Of a stretch of 48,795 nt of DNA, positions 16,157-25,648 are shown one piece after another. The translations under genes were made by a program, and so were the position numbers. The notes beneath the pieces are model-generated. The model had not been told where the DNA came from and made no database searches. It saw only the letters and a list, made by a program, of their open reading frames with translations. This stretch comes from a virus: the IMG/VR virus record IMGVR_UViG_3300021057_000015. One strand, given 5' to 3'. Every line of letters starts with the position of its first letter. Position 1 is the stretch's first letter.

Positions 16157-19100
16157 TTAGTTCAGGCTGCCCATAAAGGTGCCGTTGACCTTGGCCAGAT
16201 TGGGATCGATGCCGGCCTGGCGCAGGGTCTCGAGCACCATGCGCCGGACCTGCTCCGGGTTTTTGGCGTCGTAAATCGGAATGTTGATCTCGTAGGCCCG
16301 CTGCTGGTTGTAGACGCTGCTGGTGCCGCCGTGGTTCATGCGCCAGGCGCCTTCGATCAGCTCGGCGAACCACTTCGGAAAGACGGGCTCACCGCTGTTG
16401 AGCAGGGCCGGGAAGCGATCCCCGTCGAAGCCGGCCGGCACCACGCCGCCGCCAGCCATGCGCGGCAGGCCGGTGCTGCCCAGCATCTTCGAAACCATAT
16501 TCTGAGCGTAGGCTTCTGCCTGCGCCACGTTCAGCGATTTGCCTTCTACGCCGAGGGTATAGGCCAGATTTCCTGTGGTCTTGACGCCCAGCGCCGCAGC
16601 TTCCTTGAGCTGATGGACCAGCCCGCGGTACCAGCTGGTGATATCGGCCAGGGGCCGCTTGATCCCGTTGCGCAGCTCAGTGACCGCAACTTTCCACGGG
16701 TTATGGGCCTCAGTCAGGGCCTTGACGGACTTGTCGATTTCCTTCAGATCGCGGTCGCGCTCCTCGGTCAGCCTGGCCAGGTCGGACCGGTAGGCCTCCA
16801 GGTTCTGCTGGACCTTGGCCGCTTTCTTGTCGTTGGCGGCGATCTGGGTCTCGATATACGCCACTTCCTTCTCAGTGGCGTCTCGCATAGCTTCCAGATG
16901 CGCTTCTTTGAAGCTGGTGTAAGCCTGCGCCTGCATCTGCTGCAGCTCCAGATAGGCCCGGCTGCCTTCCTCGGCGGTCTTGAGCTGCTCGGCGGCAAAC
17001 CGGCCCTCGATCGCCGCGATCCGCTTCATCTCGTCCAGGAAAAGGGCTTTGTTCTTGGCGGGATCAGTGGAGTCAAACTGTTCGAGGTTGAATTTGTTCT
17101 CGGCTGAGAGCTTGAGCAGCGCCGCCCGCTCTTTCATGGCCTCGATGTGGGACTGGCCGGAGTAGGTTTCGGTCAGGACGCCGTCTGGATTGTGAATCGC
17201 CTTGAGGCCGGCGCGCAACTCCGCGTCGAAGTCGACGCCCGCGACGGCTTTGGCGTAGAGGCCTTGGTCTTCGCGCTCGAATTTCGCCTCATCCTGGGCC
17301 AGTAGTTCACGCTTGAGATCGATCTGTTTGCGCAGGCGCTCGTTCTGGGCTTCAATCTTGGCCAGCAGGCGCTCATGCAGGGCAATTTGCCTGTTGGTGT
17401 GCGCGGAATCCTCCTCAAACATCTCCTGCTGCGCCTCGGCCATCGCTTCGGCACGCTGCCGCAACAGGTTCTCGGCATCCTGCAGGTTCTTGTTGAGTTG
17501 CTGCTTGGCAGTGTCACTGGCCTTGTCGACCGCTGCCTGAATCTGCCGGTGAAACTCCGGCCAGAGCTTGGCCAGCCGCCTCTGAAATTCGGCTTGGACG
17601 TCTTCCGGCGGCTGCAGCCAGTTGATGTGCCGGCCGTGAAACTCCTCTTCGATTTCGGTCTGGATGTCCCGAACGGCCTCGGCATACTGATCGCCGACCT
17701 CGGCGAAGTCCACGTTCGAGGGATCCAGACCCAACCGGGCCAGAAAGTCCTTTTTCAGGGCGTCGCGCTTGGCCGGCTCGTCATAGTTCCGCTTCTGATA
17801 GGCCAGCCGGTTCTGGATTTTATCAAGCTCCCGCTGGGCCCGCTCCTGCGGGTCCGTTCCCAGCGCACCGAAGATGCCCGGCAGGATTTCGACAAAGGCC
17901 TTCTGTGCTGCCTTGATATCGTCCGACATCTGGCCCGTGTGCTGATTGACCGTGCGCGCAAGCTCGGCAAAGTCGTTTTTGACCTTGGCCTGCTTCTCAA
18001 GGGGAATGCCGTCGAGATTCAGCGTCAGGCCGTTTGGTCCCCAGGTGACGCCCTGCCGGCCAAGATTACGGTTGAAGTCGTAAATGGCGTCTGTGATATC
18101 CTTTTCGGCCCCCTTGATGGCCCGATCCACCTCAAGCTGATAGGTGGACTTGCCGTTCGCCTTCGCAGCGCGGATCTGGCGATCGAGATCATCGAGCTCC
18201 GCCGCGTCTGCGATGGCCTTGGCGCGCTCAGCTTCTTCGCGGGTTTCGCGGATCAGGCGCTGGGTGGTGGTAATCATGCCGATCACGGTGCTGAAGACGT
18301 TCAGGAAGCCCTGGATGGCCCCACCAATAAAGTCACCGCTCAGGATCCGGCCGATGGCGCCGAACGCGCCTCCCGCCACACTGACCAGATTGTGGAAGGA
18401 CTCGGCGGCATCGCGGTCGAATTCGGCGATGGCGTCGCCGATCATGCGGAAAACGCCTACGCCGGCATCTGCCACCTGGGCCAGGTTCTCCTTCGAGAAC
18501 ATGTCTTTCAGGATGTCAGAGGGCTTGACCTCAGCATAATCCTGGCTTGCTTTCTTGCTGCTGCCGCCCTTGCTTGGCTTGCCAATGGCAGCGGCGTCCG
18601 GCCGGCGATCCATGAACAGCAGTGCGAGGGGATCCGCAGCATTGGAAACGCTTTTGTCGCCGGCCTTGCCCTCAAGGATGTCCCGGGTGCGGATATACTC
18701 CTGCATGCCCTTAGTCAGCTTGCCCAACTGGCGATCCGTCAGGCCGTACTTTTTGCCCAGCTCCTCAACACTGGCCGCTCCGCCATTTACCTGGATGATG
18801 AAATCCCTCATGGCGTCGCCGTTGGCCAGTAAGCCATCGATGAAGGCCCGGCCTTTGTCGTTGGCTTCATCTAAATTAGCCAGGTACTGATCGGAGTCTT
18901 TTCCGGCCAGCGCAACCGCCTCCATGCTCAAATGGTCGGACGCAACGCTTTGGTTGCCCCACTGCGTGGGCTTGGAGCCGTAGAGTCGCTCGTACTGGAA
19001 GACAAGCCTCCGCTGGCTTCCCTCGATGTCCTTGAGCCCTTTTTCCATTTCCGCAAGCTGCTGGGCCTGCTCGGCCGACATGTCTTTGCTCATGGAACGC

Positions 19101-22100
19101 AGCAGGGCGATGGCATCGCGGTACTCGGTGGCTTGCTTAGTCAGATCCCGGATCTGCTGCTCACGGGCCTGCATATCGCCAAATACCGGATCGACTTCAG
19201 CCTCTTCCGGCAGCAGGCCGGCCTGGCGAATAGACTCCTTTAGCTGGTTGAACTGGTCTCGGCCGGCGTCGGCGGCCTGCTTGGCGCCACTGACATATGC
19301 GTCGAAAGCACTCTTGTAGAAATCCATCAAGCTCTGAATGCTCTTCTGGATTTCTGCCTGCACTTCCTTTTCGGCCTGGATCCGCTCTTTGGTCCAGTCG
19401 AGGTGATGCTGCGCGAGTTCTCTGCCGGCTTCGGCTTCACGCTCACGCAGACCACGGAGCGCGTCGGCGGCCTTTAGCTCGTCCTCGCTGCCGGCCTTGA
19501 GCTTCGAACGATAAGCCTCGACTAGCAAAATTGCCTTGTGGATGGCGGCGGCCTTTTGCTTGATCAGGCCGGTCTCTCGCTCGTGTGCGCTCATATCGGC
19601 GTCGTCCGGATGACTGAACCCATTCCCCACCAGGCGCTGCATGTTGGCGGCAATGCTGATCGGCTTACCGCCGCGCTCTCGAATCTCGAAATGCCCATGC
19701 GGGCCGGTGCTGCGGCCAGTGCTGCCAGACAGCGCGATTTGCTCGCCCTGTCGGACCACATCTCCAACTTTCTTTGCCAAGCTGCTGTTATGGGCGTACA
19801 GAGTCACCAGGCCGTTGCCGTGGTCGATCATCACGGTCTTGCCGTAATTGCCCTTCCAGCCAGACTGAATCACCGTCCCGCCCTGAGCCGCAAACACAGG
19901 GCTGCCAGCAGCCACAGGAACATCCCGCGCCTCGTAACCATGGCTGTGCGCTCCGCGCCCCATCCGGGCCATATTGGGGTACACCAGGCGCATTAGCTCT
20001 TCTTCGGAGTGGACGTGGCGCTCAGACTCCTGGGTCTGTAAACGCATCTCTTCAGTGGTGAGCTTTTCGGTTTCAAGCCGGGTCTGGGCGGTTGAGAGCC
20101 GGGAAAGCTCAGCATTGAGCGCCGCCATAATTACGTCGAGCTGATTGCTGCTGCCAGTGCCGCCGCCTGGTCCGGGATCGGGCTTGGACCGGTCTCCGCT
20201 GCCCGGCGCTTCCTTGGGACCCTGAATGGGCTTGAAATACTTGTTGTAAGCCCGCTCGCGGATACGATCCATTTTTTCCTGGTCGCCCAGGGAATTGAAT
20301 ACAGTATCAGCTACGGATTTGAAATTGTTGGCCGTGTTTTCGAACTCGGATTTGAACCAGTTCCAATCCCGCTCCCAGACCGCCCGGAGCATGCGCGTGA
20401 AGCTGCCAAAGGTCTTGAACAGCCCGCCGAAAACGTCATCAGTGAAGCCCACGAAGGTGATCAGGGTTTCAACGGCCAGCTGCTGGATGCCTTTGAAGAA
20501 CTGCCCCATCTGACTCATCGCCTGATCGAGGCCATCGGTAAGCCCTGAGAACGAGCCCAGCATCTCGTCAATGATGTCGCCGATACCAGCGAAATTGGTC
20601 TTGTAAGCCTGATAAATCAGTGCCGCTGCGCCGATGAAGGCGCCTATCGGACCGGTTACGAGCTTCATCAGCCCAGCGCCCCAGGTGCCGCCCGCGCGCT
20701 GGGCCGCCATCATGCCCTTTACCACCTTGCCATCGAGCACTTCATTCAGCAGATCGAGCGCCTTGACGCCCTGGCCTGCTAGGAAGACGATGCCGCCGGC
20801 ACCCAAGAAGACGGCGCTGGCACCAACAGCCAGCAGAGCGAGATTACCGATGACGGCCTTTATCGGGCCAGGCAGATCGTTGAAGAGTTGAACCGCTTCC
20901 TTGCCTGTGCCGATGATGAGGCGCAGGGTGGGCAGGATGGACTCGGCAAACTCGATTCGCAGATCTTCCAGGTCGTTCAGCAGCTCGCGGAATCCGAAAC
21001 CCTCGGATTGCCGCATGATTTCAAAGGTGCGCTCGGTAATTTTGTTGTGGTCGTCGATGGCCTTGGAGGTCTTTTTGAGCTTTTCTTCGGTCTGCGTGAG
21101 ATAGGTCGCAAAGGCGTTTCCGCCAGTCTCGCCAAAGATCTTTTCTGCCAGGTTGATTTGCTTTTCCCGGCTCATGCCCTCCATGGCCTTTTTCATTTCC
21201 GCAAGCGTGGTCAGCACCGGCCGAATCTCGCCGTTGGCGGCTACGATAGAGGTTCCGAGTTCAGCAAAGCCCTTCTTACCCTCTTTTGTCATGACGATCA
21301 TGCGCGTCAGCATGCTCTCGGCGGCCTCGCCGGCCACGCTGGGCGAGAGGCCGGCGTCGATCAGGGTTGCATAGAGCTTGGCGGTGTCCTCAAGGGTTTG
21401 ATTGGCCTGGGCGGCTTTGCTTGCAAGCTGCTGGAAACCTACGCCAATCTCAGAAATAGAGGCGTCGCTGGCGTTCGCTGTAGCCACCAGGATATCGATA
21501 GTATTGTCTAGTTGCTCGGTAGTGAGACCGAAAGCCCGGTTGACCGCCAGAGATACCTTTGAAACCCGGTCCATCTGCTCATTGACATCAACGGCAGCTT
21601 TGCTGAGCTTGCCGAGATGGGCTGTGACCTCTTGGGCTTCGAGGCCGGCCCGACCCAGGGCGGCGGCGGCAGTCGCCGCCGCAGTGGTACCAATGCCTTC
21701 GAGGTCTTGGGCGGTATCTACCAGCTTGCGGACATCAGCTTCGGTGGCGTTGGCCTGGGCGCGGAAAGCGGTGGTCTGGTCGGACAGGTCCATCATGGAC
21801 TTTGAAGCAGCACCAATGCCCATACTCAGCGCCAGGAAAGTCCCGGCGGCGAGCGTCCGGCCGGTGCCGGCGAGTTCCTGAGCGGTTTCGACCTGTTGCT
21901 GCTTGGCGCGGGCAATTGCGTTGGCTTGAACGGCATGTAAGCGGGCTTCTTCGGCGGCCTTGACCTGCAGCACTCTCTGCCGGCTCTTTTCGGTCAGATC
22001 GGCAATATGACGCTCGCCTTGGGCAATCTTTTCCATCAGGGCAACGCGGTCTTTTTCGGTCAGACTAGCCGCCTGCAGCTTGCCTCTGAGTACATCGACA

Positions 22101-22981
22101 TGGGCCGACGCCTTAGCGATAGCCACGCCGTAATTGTCTGCCAACTTCTGCCACTCGAACATGCCGGACTGGCGCATTGCGGCCGAAACGCTATCAATCT
22201 GGCCCTTAAGGCTGCTGTCGAGTCGGCCGGCGTCACTATTTAGGGCGCTTGCGTTGCGCTCCCGCTCCCGCTTGCCGGTGGCTAAAGAGCGCTCGGCAGC
22301 TCTGGCGGCAGCAACTGCCTGACGCTCCTGATCAGCCGCTTTCGCTGCCGCCTCGCGCTCCTGACGGAGCCTAACGGCAACCGCAACGCGCTCTTGCTCG
22401 GCCTGCTTCTGCTTTTCGGCAGCAGCGACGGCCAGCGCGGATACTTTGGCCTGCGCCTGCTGCAATCGGACGATTTGGGCTTGGGCCTTTTCAATCGTTT
22501 CGGTGATCTTGGCCCGTTGCGCTTCCGTCAGCGTGACATCCTGCAGCCGCTGCTTGAGCTGCGCCACCTGGCTCTGGGCGACCTTGATCCGGTCGGCATA
22601 GGTGTCGGCCTGCTTCTGCCACGGCGACATATCCACCTGACGGATGGCCTTTTCCAGGGCGGCGACATCGCGGGTAGCCCCCTTGAAAGCGGCCTCGGCC
22701 TGCTTGCCGAGCGCGGCCACTTCCGCAGCAACCGCTTTCGCTTCAGCCTTGAGGCGCTGCGCTGCTTGGGCAGTGTCCCCCATGCCCTTCTGCCCGGATT
22801 TTCCGACACCCGAAAGCGCCGGCATGAGCATTGAGCGCAAATCCTGCGTCAGCTGGTTGATAGCAGAGGTAACAGAGCCCAGATCGCGCTTGAAGTCGTT
22901 GAGATCGACTTCAAGCTCCCAGGACAGCCGCTTTTGAATGGTGTCGGTCACGGTTCGGCCTGCGCCTCTTCTTTCTCCCAA
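16157..22981 (-). CDS. Tail tape-measure protein (2274 aa) with embedded M23/LytM-type peptidase domain
   Basis: Extremely long alpha-helical, coiled-coil Ala/Gln/Glu-rich ORF with hydrophobic segments. It contains HSHGYEARD...GNYGKTVMIDHGNGLVTLYAHNS...STGPHGHFE, which matches the M23 motifs HxxxD and HxH. Confidence 0.85.
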   Translation of the reverse strand: MGERRGAGRTVTDTIQKRLSWELEVDLNDFKRDLGSVTSAINQLTQDLRSMLMPALSGVGKSGQKGMGDTAQAAQRLKAEAKAVAAEVAALGKQAEAAFKGATRDVAALEKAIRQVDMSPWQKQADTYADRIKVAQSQVAQLKQRLQDVTLTEAQRAKITETIEKAQAQIVRLQQAQAKVSALAVAAAEKQKQAEQERVAVAVRLRQEREAAAKAADQERQAVAAARAAERSLATGKRERERNASALNSDAGRLDSSLKGQIDSVSAAMRQSGMFEWQKLADNYGVAIAKASAHVDVLRGKLQAASLTEKDRVALMEKIAQGERHIADLTEKSRQRVLQVKAAEEARLHAVQANAIARAKQQQVETAQELAGTGRTLAAGTFLALSMGIGAASKSMMDLSDQTTAFRAQANATEADVRKLVDTAQDLEGIGTTAAATAAAALGRAGLEAQEVTAHLGKLSKAAVDVNEQMDRVSKVSLAVNRAFGLTTEQLDNTIDILVATANASDASISEIGVGFQQLASKAAQANQTLEDTAKLYATLIDAGLSPSVAGEAAESMLTRMIVMTKEGKKGFAELGTSIVAANGEIRPVLTTLAEMKKAMEGMSREKQINLAEKIFGETGGNAFATYLTQTEEKLKKTSKAIDDHNKITERTFEIMRQSEGFGFRELLNDLEDLRIEFAESILPTLRLIIGTGKEAVQLFNDLPGPIKAVIGNLALLAVGASAVFLGAGGIVFLAGQGVKALDLLNEVLDGKVVKGMMAAQRAGGTWGAGLMKLVTGPIGAFIGAAALIYQAYKTNFAGIGDIIDEMLGSFSGLTDGLDQAMSQMGQFFKGIQQLAVETLITFVGFTDDVFGGLFKTFGSFTRMLRAVWERDWNWFKSEFENTANNFKSVADTVFNSLGDQEKMDRIRERAYNKYFKPIQGPKEAPGSGDRSKPDPGPGGGTGSSNQLDVIMAALNAELSRLSTAQTRLETEKLTTEEMRLQTQESERHVHSEEELMRLVYPNMARMGRGAHSHGYEARDVPVAAGSPVFAAQGGTVIQSGWKGNYGKTVMIDHGNGLVTLYAHNSSLAKKVGDVVRQGEQIALSGSTGRSTGPHGHFEIRERGGKPISIAANMQRLVGNGFSHPDDADMSAHERETGLIKQKAAAIHKAILLVEAYRSKLKAGSEDELKAADALRGLREREAEAGRELAQHHLDWTKERIQAEKEVQAEIQKSIQSLMDFYKSAFDAYVSGAKQAADAGRDQFNQLKESIRQAGLLPEEAEVDPVFGDMQAREQQIRDLTKQATEYRDAIALLRSMSKDMSAEQAQQLAEMEKGLKDIEGSQRRLVFQYERLYGSKPTQWGNQSVASDHLSMEAVALAGKDSDQYLANLDEANDKGRAFIDGLLANGDAMRDFIIQVNGGAASVEELGKKYGLTDRQLGKLTKGMQEYIRTRDILEGKAGDKSVSNAADPLALLFMDRRPDAAAIGKPSKGGSSKKASQDYAEVKPSDILKDMFSKENLAQVADAGVGVFRMIGDAIAEFDRDAAESFHNLVSVAGGAFGAIGRILSGDFIGGAIQGFLNVFSTVIGMITTTQRLIRETREEAERAKAIADAAELDDLDRQIRAAKANGKSTYQLEVDRAIKGAEKDITDAIYDFNRNLGRQGVTWGPNGLTLNLDGIPLEKQAKVKNDFAELARTVNQHTGQMSDDIKAAQKAFVEILPGIFGALGTDPQERAQRELDKIQNRLAYQKRNYDEPAKRDALKKDFLARLGLDPSNVDFAEVGDQYAEAVRDIQTEIEEEFHGRHINWLQPPEDVQAEFQRRLAKLWPEFHRQIQAAVDKASDTAKQQLNKNLQDAENLLRQRAEAMAEAQQEMFEEDSAHTNRQIALHERLLAKIEAQNERLRKQIDLKRELLAQDEAKFEREDQGLYAKAVAGVDFDAELRAGLKAIHNPDGVLTETYSGQSHIEAMKERAALLKLSAENKFNLEQFDSTDPAKNKALFLDEMKRIAAIEGRFAAEQLKTAEEGSRAYLELQQMQAQAYTSFKEAHLEAMRDATEKEVAYIETQIAANDKKAAKVQQNLEAYRSDLARLTEERDRDLKEIDKSVKALTEAHNPWKVAVTELRNGIKRPLADITSWYRGLVHQLKEAAALGVKTTGNLAYTLGVEGKSLNVAQAEAYAQNMVSKMLGSTGLPRMAGGGVVPAGFDGDRFPALLNSGEPVFPKWFAELIEGAWRMNHGGTSSVYNQQRAYEINIPIYDAKNPEQVRRMVLETLRQAGIDPNLAKVNGTFMGSLN

Positions 22982-23349
22982 GCATCCTGCAGATGAACGT
23001 AACCAGGGTCATCCTTGAGACTGCGGTGGGTATTGTCTTTGATGGTGTCGAAAGCGGTATTGATGACCGAATTGACGGCCGCTATCAGCTCGACTTCGGT
23101 CGGGGTGGCTGAGAGAGCGCCGAAAGCGACTTCGGAAGCGTCCTCGATCACGGGAAGGGAATTGCGGACCATTGCGTGGGGCTCCATTTTGCTGGTCCCG
23201 AGTTCCGTATAAATCGCATGCTCCTTGTCATTGGAGACTGCGCCCCTGATGCGGCCTGGGAGGCGAGCGGCGGCAGCCTGAAAGCGAGATGCCACGCCAT
23301 CTACGTTCGAGCGAAGGGTTACTTTGTCATATTTGACTCGAATCGCCAC
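22948..23349 (-). CDS. Small protein immediately upstream of the tape-measure gene (tail assembly-associated?), start uncertain (GTG 23349 or ATG 23187)
   Basis: GGGAGG RBS before the GTG. It overlaps the TMP start. The rest of the tracked ORF upstream is a divergent promoter region. Confidence 0.4.
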   Translation of the reverse strand: MAIRVKYDKVTLRSNVDGVASRFQAAAARLPGRIRGAVSNDKEHAIYTELGTSKMEPHAMVRNSLPVIEDASEVAFGALSATPTEVELIAAVNSVINTAFDTIKDNTHRSLKDDPGYVHLQDAWEKEEAQAEP

Positions 23350-23388
23350 GTTGCGGCCTCCCTTGCAAGCCTCTAAAGCAAAAGCGCC

Positions 23389-23416
23389 TTGACTTCCCCT
23401 GGCTCTGGAGTATGAT
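23389..23416 (+). promoter_or_regulatory. Near-consensus sigma70 promoter TTGACT-16-TATGAT driving an opposite-strand moron inside the tail module
   Basis: Hexamers read from the sequence. An inverted repeat CCAGAaaaacTCTGG and a GGAGAAG RBS follow. Confidence 0.5.
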
Positions 23417-23440
23417 CCAGAAAAACTCTGGAGAAGCCTC

Positions 23441-23980
23441 ATGAAGAAAATTGCTGTATCCACAGCCCTACTCCTGCTAACTGCTTGGCCCGGACTGGCT
23501 GGCGGGTTAAATCTTGCTGAGTACAAGGTTAAAATCACCCAGCCCAAAGACGGCATCACCAAAGAAATGAAGATCGTCGTTTTGCTAGCGGGCGTTATCG
23601 GCGTAGGGATTGAGAATAAAGCGAAAGAGCCCATAATTGTGGACTGGAAGCTTGCGACCTTTACGAATCATTTCGGCCACACAAGCAAAGTGAAGGTGTT
23701 TCAAAACGAGGAGCCCTTTATTACCCAGGATCCAACTGTTGTACCCCCTGGAGAGAGGGTCTTAACCACCATTCTCAGCGCCGCAAACCTCAAGCCATCG
23801 AAATTTCCCGGGCTTCCCCAGATCAAGGAAATGTACCCAAAATACTGGGTTGAAGCCCAGGCTCTTGTTCCACCTACGCCAGCAGCAATACTTCTCCCAA
23901 TAAAAATCGGTGAGAAGCAAAATTTTGTGCAAGTAAAGTACACTTACGCCGTCATTCAGGGCGAGCAAGAGGACGACTGA
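23441..23980 (+). CDS. Secreted protein with N-terminal signal peptide (179 aa), moron gene
   Basis: The N-terminus MKKIAVSTALLLLTAWPGLAGG is signal-peptide-like. Lower GC than the neighbours. Orientation is opposite to the tail operon. Confidence 0.7.
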   Translation: MKKIAVSTALLLLTAWPGLAGGLNLAEYKVKITQPKDGITKEMKIVVLLAGVIGVGIENKAKEPIIVDWKLATFTNHFGHTSKVKVFQNEEPFITQDPTVVPPGERVLTTILSAANLKPSKFPGLPQIKEMYPKYWVEAQALVPPTPAAILLPIKIGEKQNFVQVKYTYAVIQGEQEDD

Positions 23981-24221
23981 TCGCCGCCCGCCCTCCGAGT
24001 TCTTCCATGACAAGCTGCAAGCCCATTAACCGCGTGTGAATGGACACAACGGACAGATCGCAGCCCGTCAAATTGACCCGCCCGGAGCGTGACAAAGCCT
24101 GGTATATCAGGGCATCTATCAGCTCAGGGGCAAGAGCCCCATAGTGCTCCTGCAGTTGCAGTAAGAGCTGGTCGTGACGCTCCCAGTTCTGCGTGTCAGT
24201 CAGCACATCAATGGTTCCCAC
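23952..24221 (-). CDS. Hypothetical small protein (89 aa)
   Basis: ORF in late-operon orientation. Its 3' end overlaps the moron convergently, so its extent is uncertain. Confidence 0.35.
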   Translation of the reverse strand: MGTIDVLTDTQNWERHDQLLLQLQEHYGALAPELIDALIYQALSRSGRVNLTGCDLSVVSIHTRLMGLQLVMEELGGRAAISRPLARPE

Positions 24222-24434
24222 CGATCGATCCTCCGTCTGTTACTCGCCCGGCGAATCCTCTGTTATCGTGCATCCACTGCCGGAAGTGAAGAACGTCCTT
24301 GAACTTCTCTGGTTGCGGAACCCACCCCGCCGGCTTACTGCTGCCCTGGCCTTCTGAGGGCATTGCCAGGTGCACCAGATAGCCCTCGATGAGCCCGTTT
24401 TGGCGAAGGGCTTCGCGCTCCTCGAAGAGGCGGC

Positions 24435-25223
24435 CTAGACTGAATCCGTTGAGATCGGAGTCTGAGAATCCACCATGTTTGCGGAGAGGGAGAAGGAAGA
24501 AGGTTGCCCACCACTGGGCGCTCCACCAGATGAAAGGGTGTCGGGTGGGCTTGGGGATGTTTCGGCGAGCCTCTTCAGCGCGTTCGTAAGCCCCGATCCC
24601 AGGATAGAGATCTTCAAGCCGATAGCTGCCCGGTACTGGGTCGGGATCTTCAGCCAGACCAGCAGGGCAGCCCGTAAAAAATCGGACTTGTTGACCTCCC
24701 AGAGCTTGTCCAGCAGGTTCGGGAACTCGTCACCCGGCAGGGAGATCAGATCTTCGGGCTCGAGCGTCAGCGTATCGGTGCTGGCCAGGTTGCCGATCTC
24801 TTCGAGCAGTGCGACGGCCCAGTCCGGATACTCGTCGCGGCCTTCGAGGGCCAGCAGCTCGTGCTTGAGCAGGCCGAAGATTCCGGCCGGGCCGGCTGCC
24901 GCCATCAGCAGATCGACATCCTCGACATCGTCGCGGCCCTGGATCACGGCCATCACGGCATTGAAGACGACTGGGAGCAGGCGCCGGAAATCGTGGGGGT
25001 TGATGCGGCGCAGCTGGTGCTTTTCTTCGAAGATTTCGACCTCGGCATCCTTCTTGAGGAACATTCGCCGCGGCTTGAGCTTGATCATACGCGGCTTGTA
25101 CTTCGCCTGCGCGTAAATGCCAGCTGAAGCCTGGGCCACGTCTCGGGGCACACCGGCCGATTCCAGCGCTTCCTCGAGCTCGTCCGCCGGCAGTGCGTGG
25201 ATTGTCTCTTGATTCACACCCAT
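24435..25223 (-). CDS. Tail assembly chaperone-like protein (262 aa, acidic, low-complexity C-tail)
   Basis: AGGAGA RBS. It lies between the major tail and tape-measure genes. Confidence 0.45.
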   Translation of the reverse strand: MGVNQETIHALPADELEEALESAGVPRDVAQASAGIYAQAKYKPRMIKLKPRRMFLKKDAEVEIFEEKHQLRRINPHDFRRLLPVVFNAVMAVIQGRDDVEDVDLLMAAAGPAGIFGLLKHELLALEGRDEYPDWAVALLEEIGNLASTDTLTLEPEDLISLPGDEFPNLLDKLWEVNKSDFLRAALLVWLKIPTQYRAAIGLKISILGSGLTNALKRLAETSPSPPDTLSSGGAPSGGQPSSFSLSANMVDSQTPISTDSV

Positions 25224-25648
25224 ACCAATTCATTCTCCTGTTTGTCCTGGTCGTAGAGGTCTTTTTCGCGGATGTAGCGCCATTCCATGGCGCGAATCAG
25301 CTGCACGCACGCGCCCTCGCGCGGCACAAAGGGCAGATGCTGATCCAGAATCATCACCTTGCCGTCGATCTGCATCACCTTGCCCATCGCCGGCTTACCG
25401 GGTGGCTCGCCGCGAAAGGGGCTCCGGCGTTCCACCAGCACGAAGCACTGGCCGTTCTTGCGCAGATGCTCGCGAAACAGACCGGAGTCCCAAACGCAAA
25501 AAAGGTCACCCTTTGGCTCAAACCTAAGGGTGACGAGGGTTTTGACAACTTCGTCCAGGACGAACCCTTCCCGGACGATGATGTCGCGCACCTGGTCGTT
25601 GTTGACCAGGCGCGCTTCTTCGAGGTTATTCGAAACCTTGACGGTCAT
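25214..25648 (-). CDS. Tail assembly chaperone-like protein (about 145 aa from MTVKVSNN...)
   Basis: Its start overlaps the stop of the major tail protein (TGATGA). The N-terminal part of the tracked ORF is off-frame. Confidence 0.5.
   Translation of the reverse strand: MTVKVSNNLEEARLVNNDQVRDIIVREGFVLDEVVKTLVTLRFEPKGDLFCVWDSGLFREHLRKNGQCFVLVERRSPFRGEPPGKPAMGKVMQIDGKVMILDQHLPFVPREGACVQLIRAMEWRYIREKDLYDQDKQENELVWV

Noticed and set aside
16145-22950. Many long plus-strand ORFs (for example 16145-17107, 17375-18832, 20888-21511) opposite the tape-measure gene
   Set aside because: They are antisense shadow ORFs typical of high-GC DNA. Their products are Arg/Leu/Gly-rich low-complexity with no RBS, and they sit entirely inside a clearly real 2274-aa gene.
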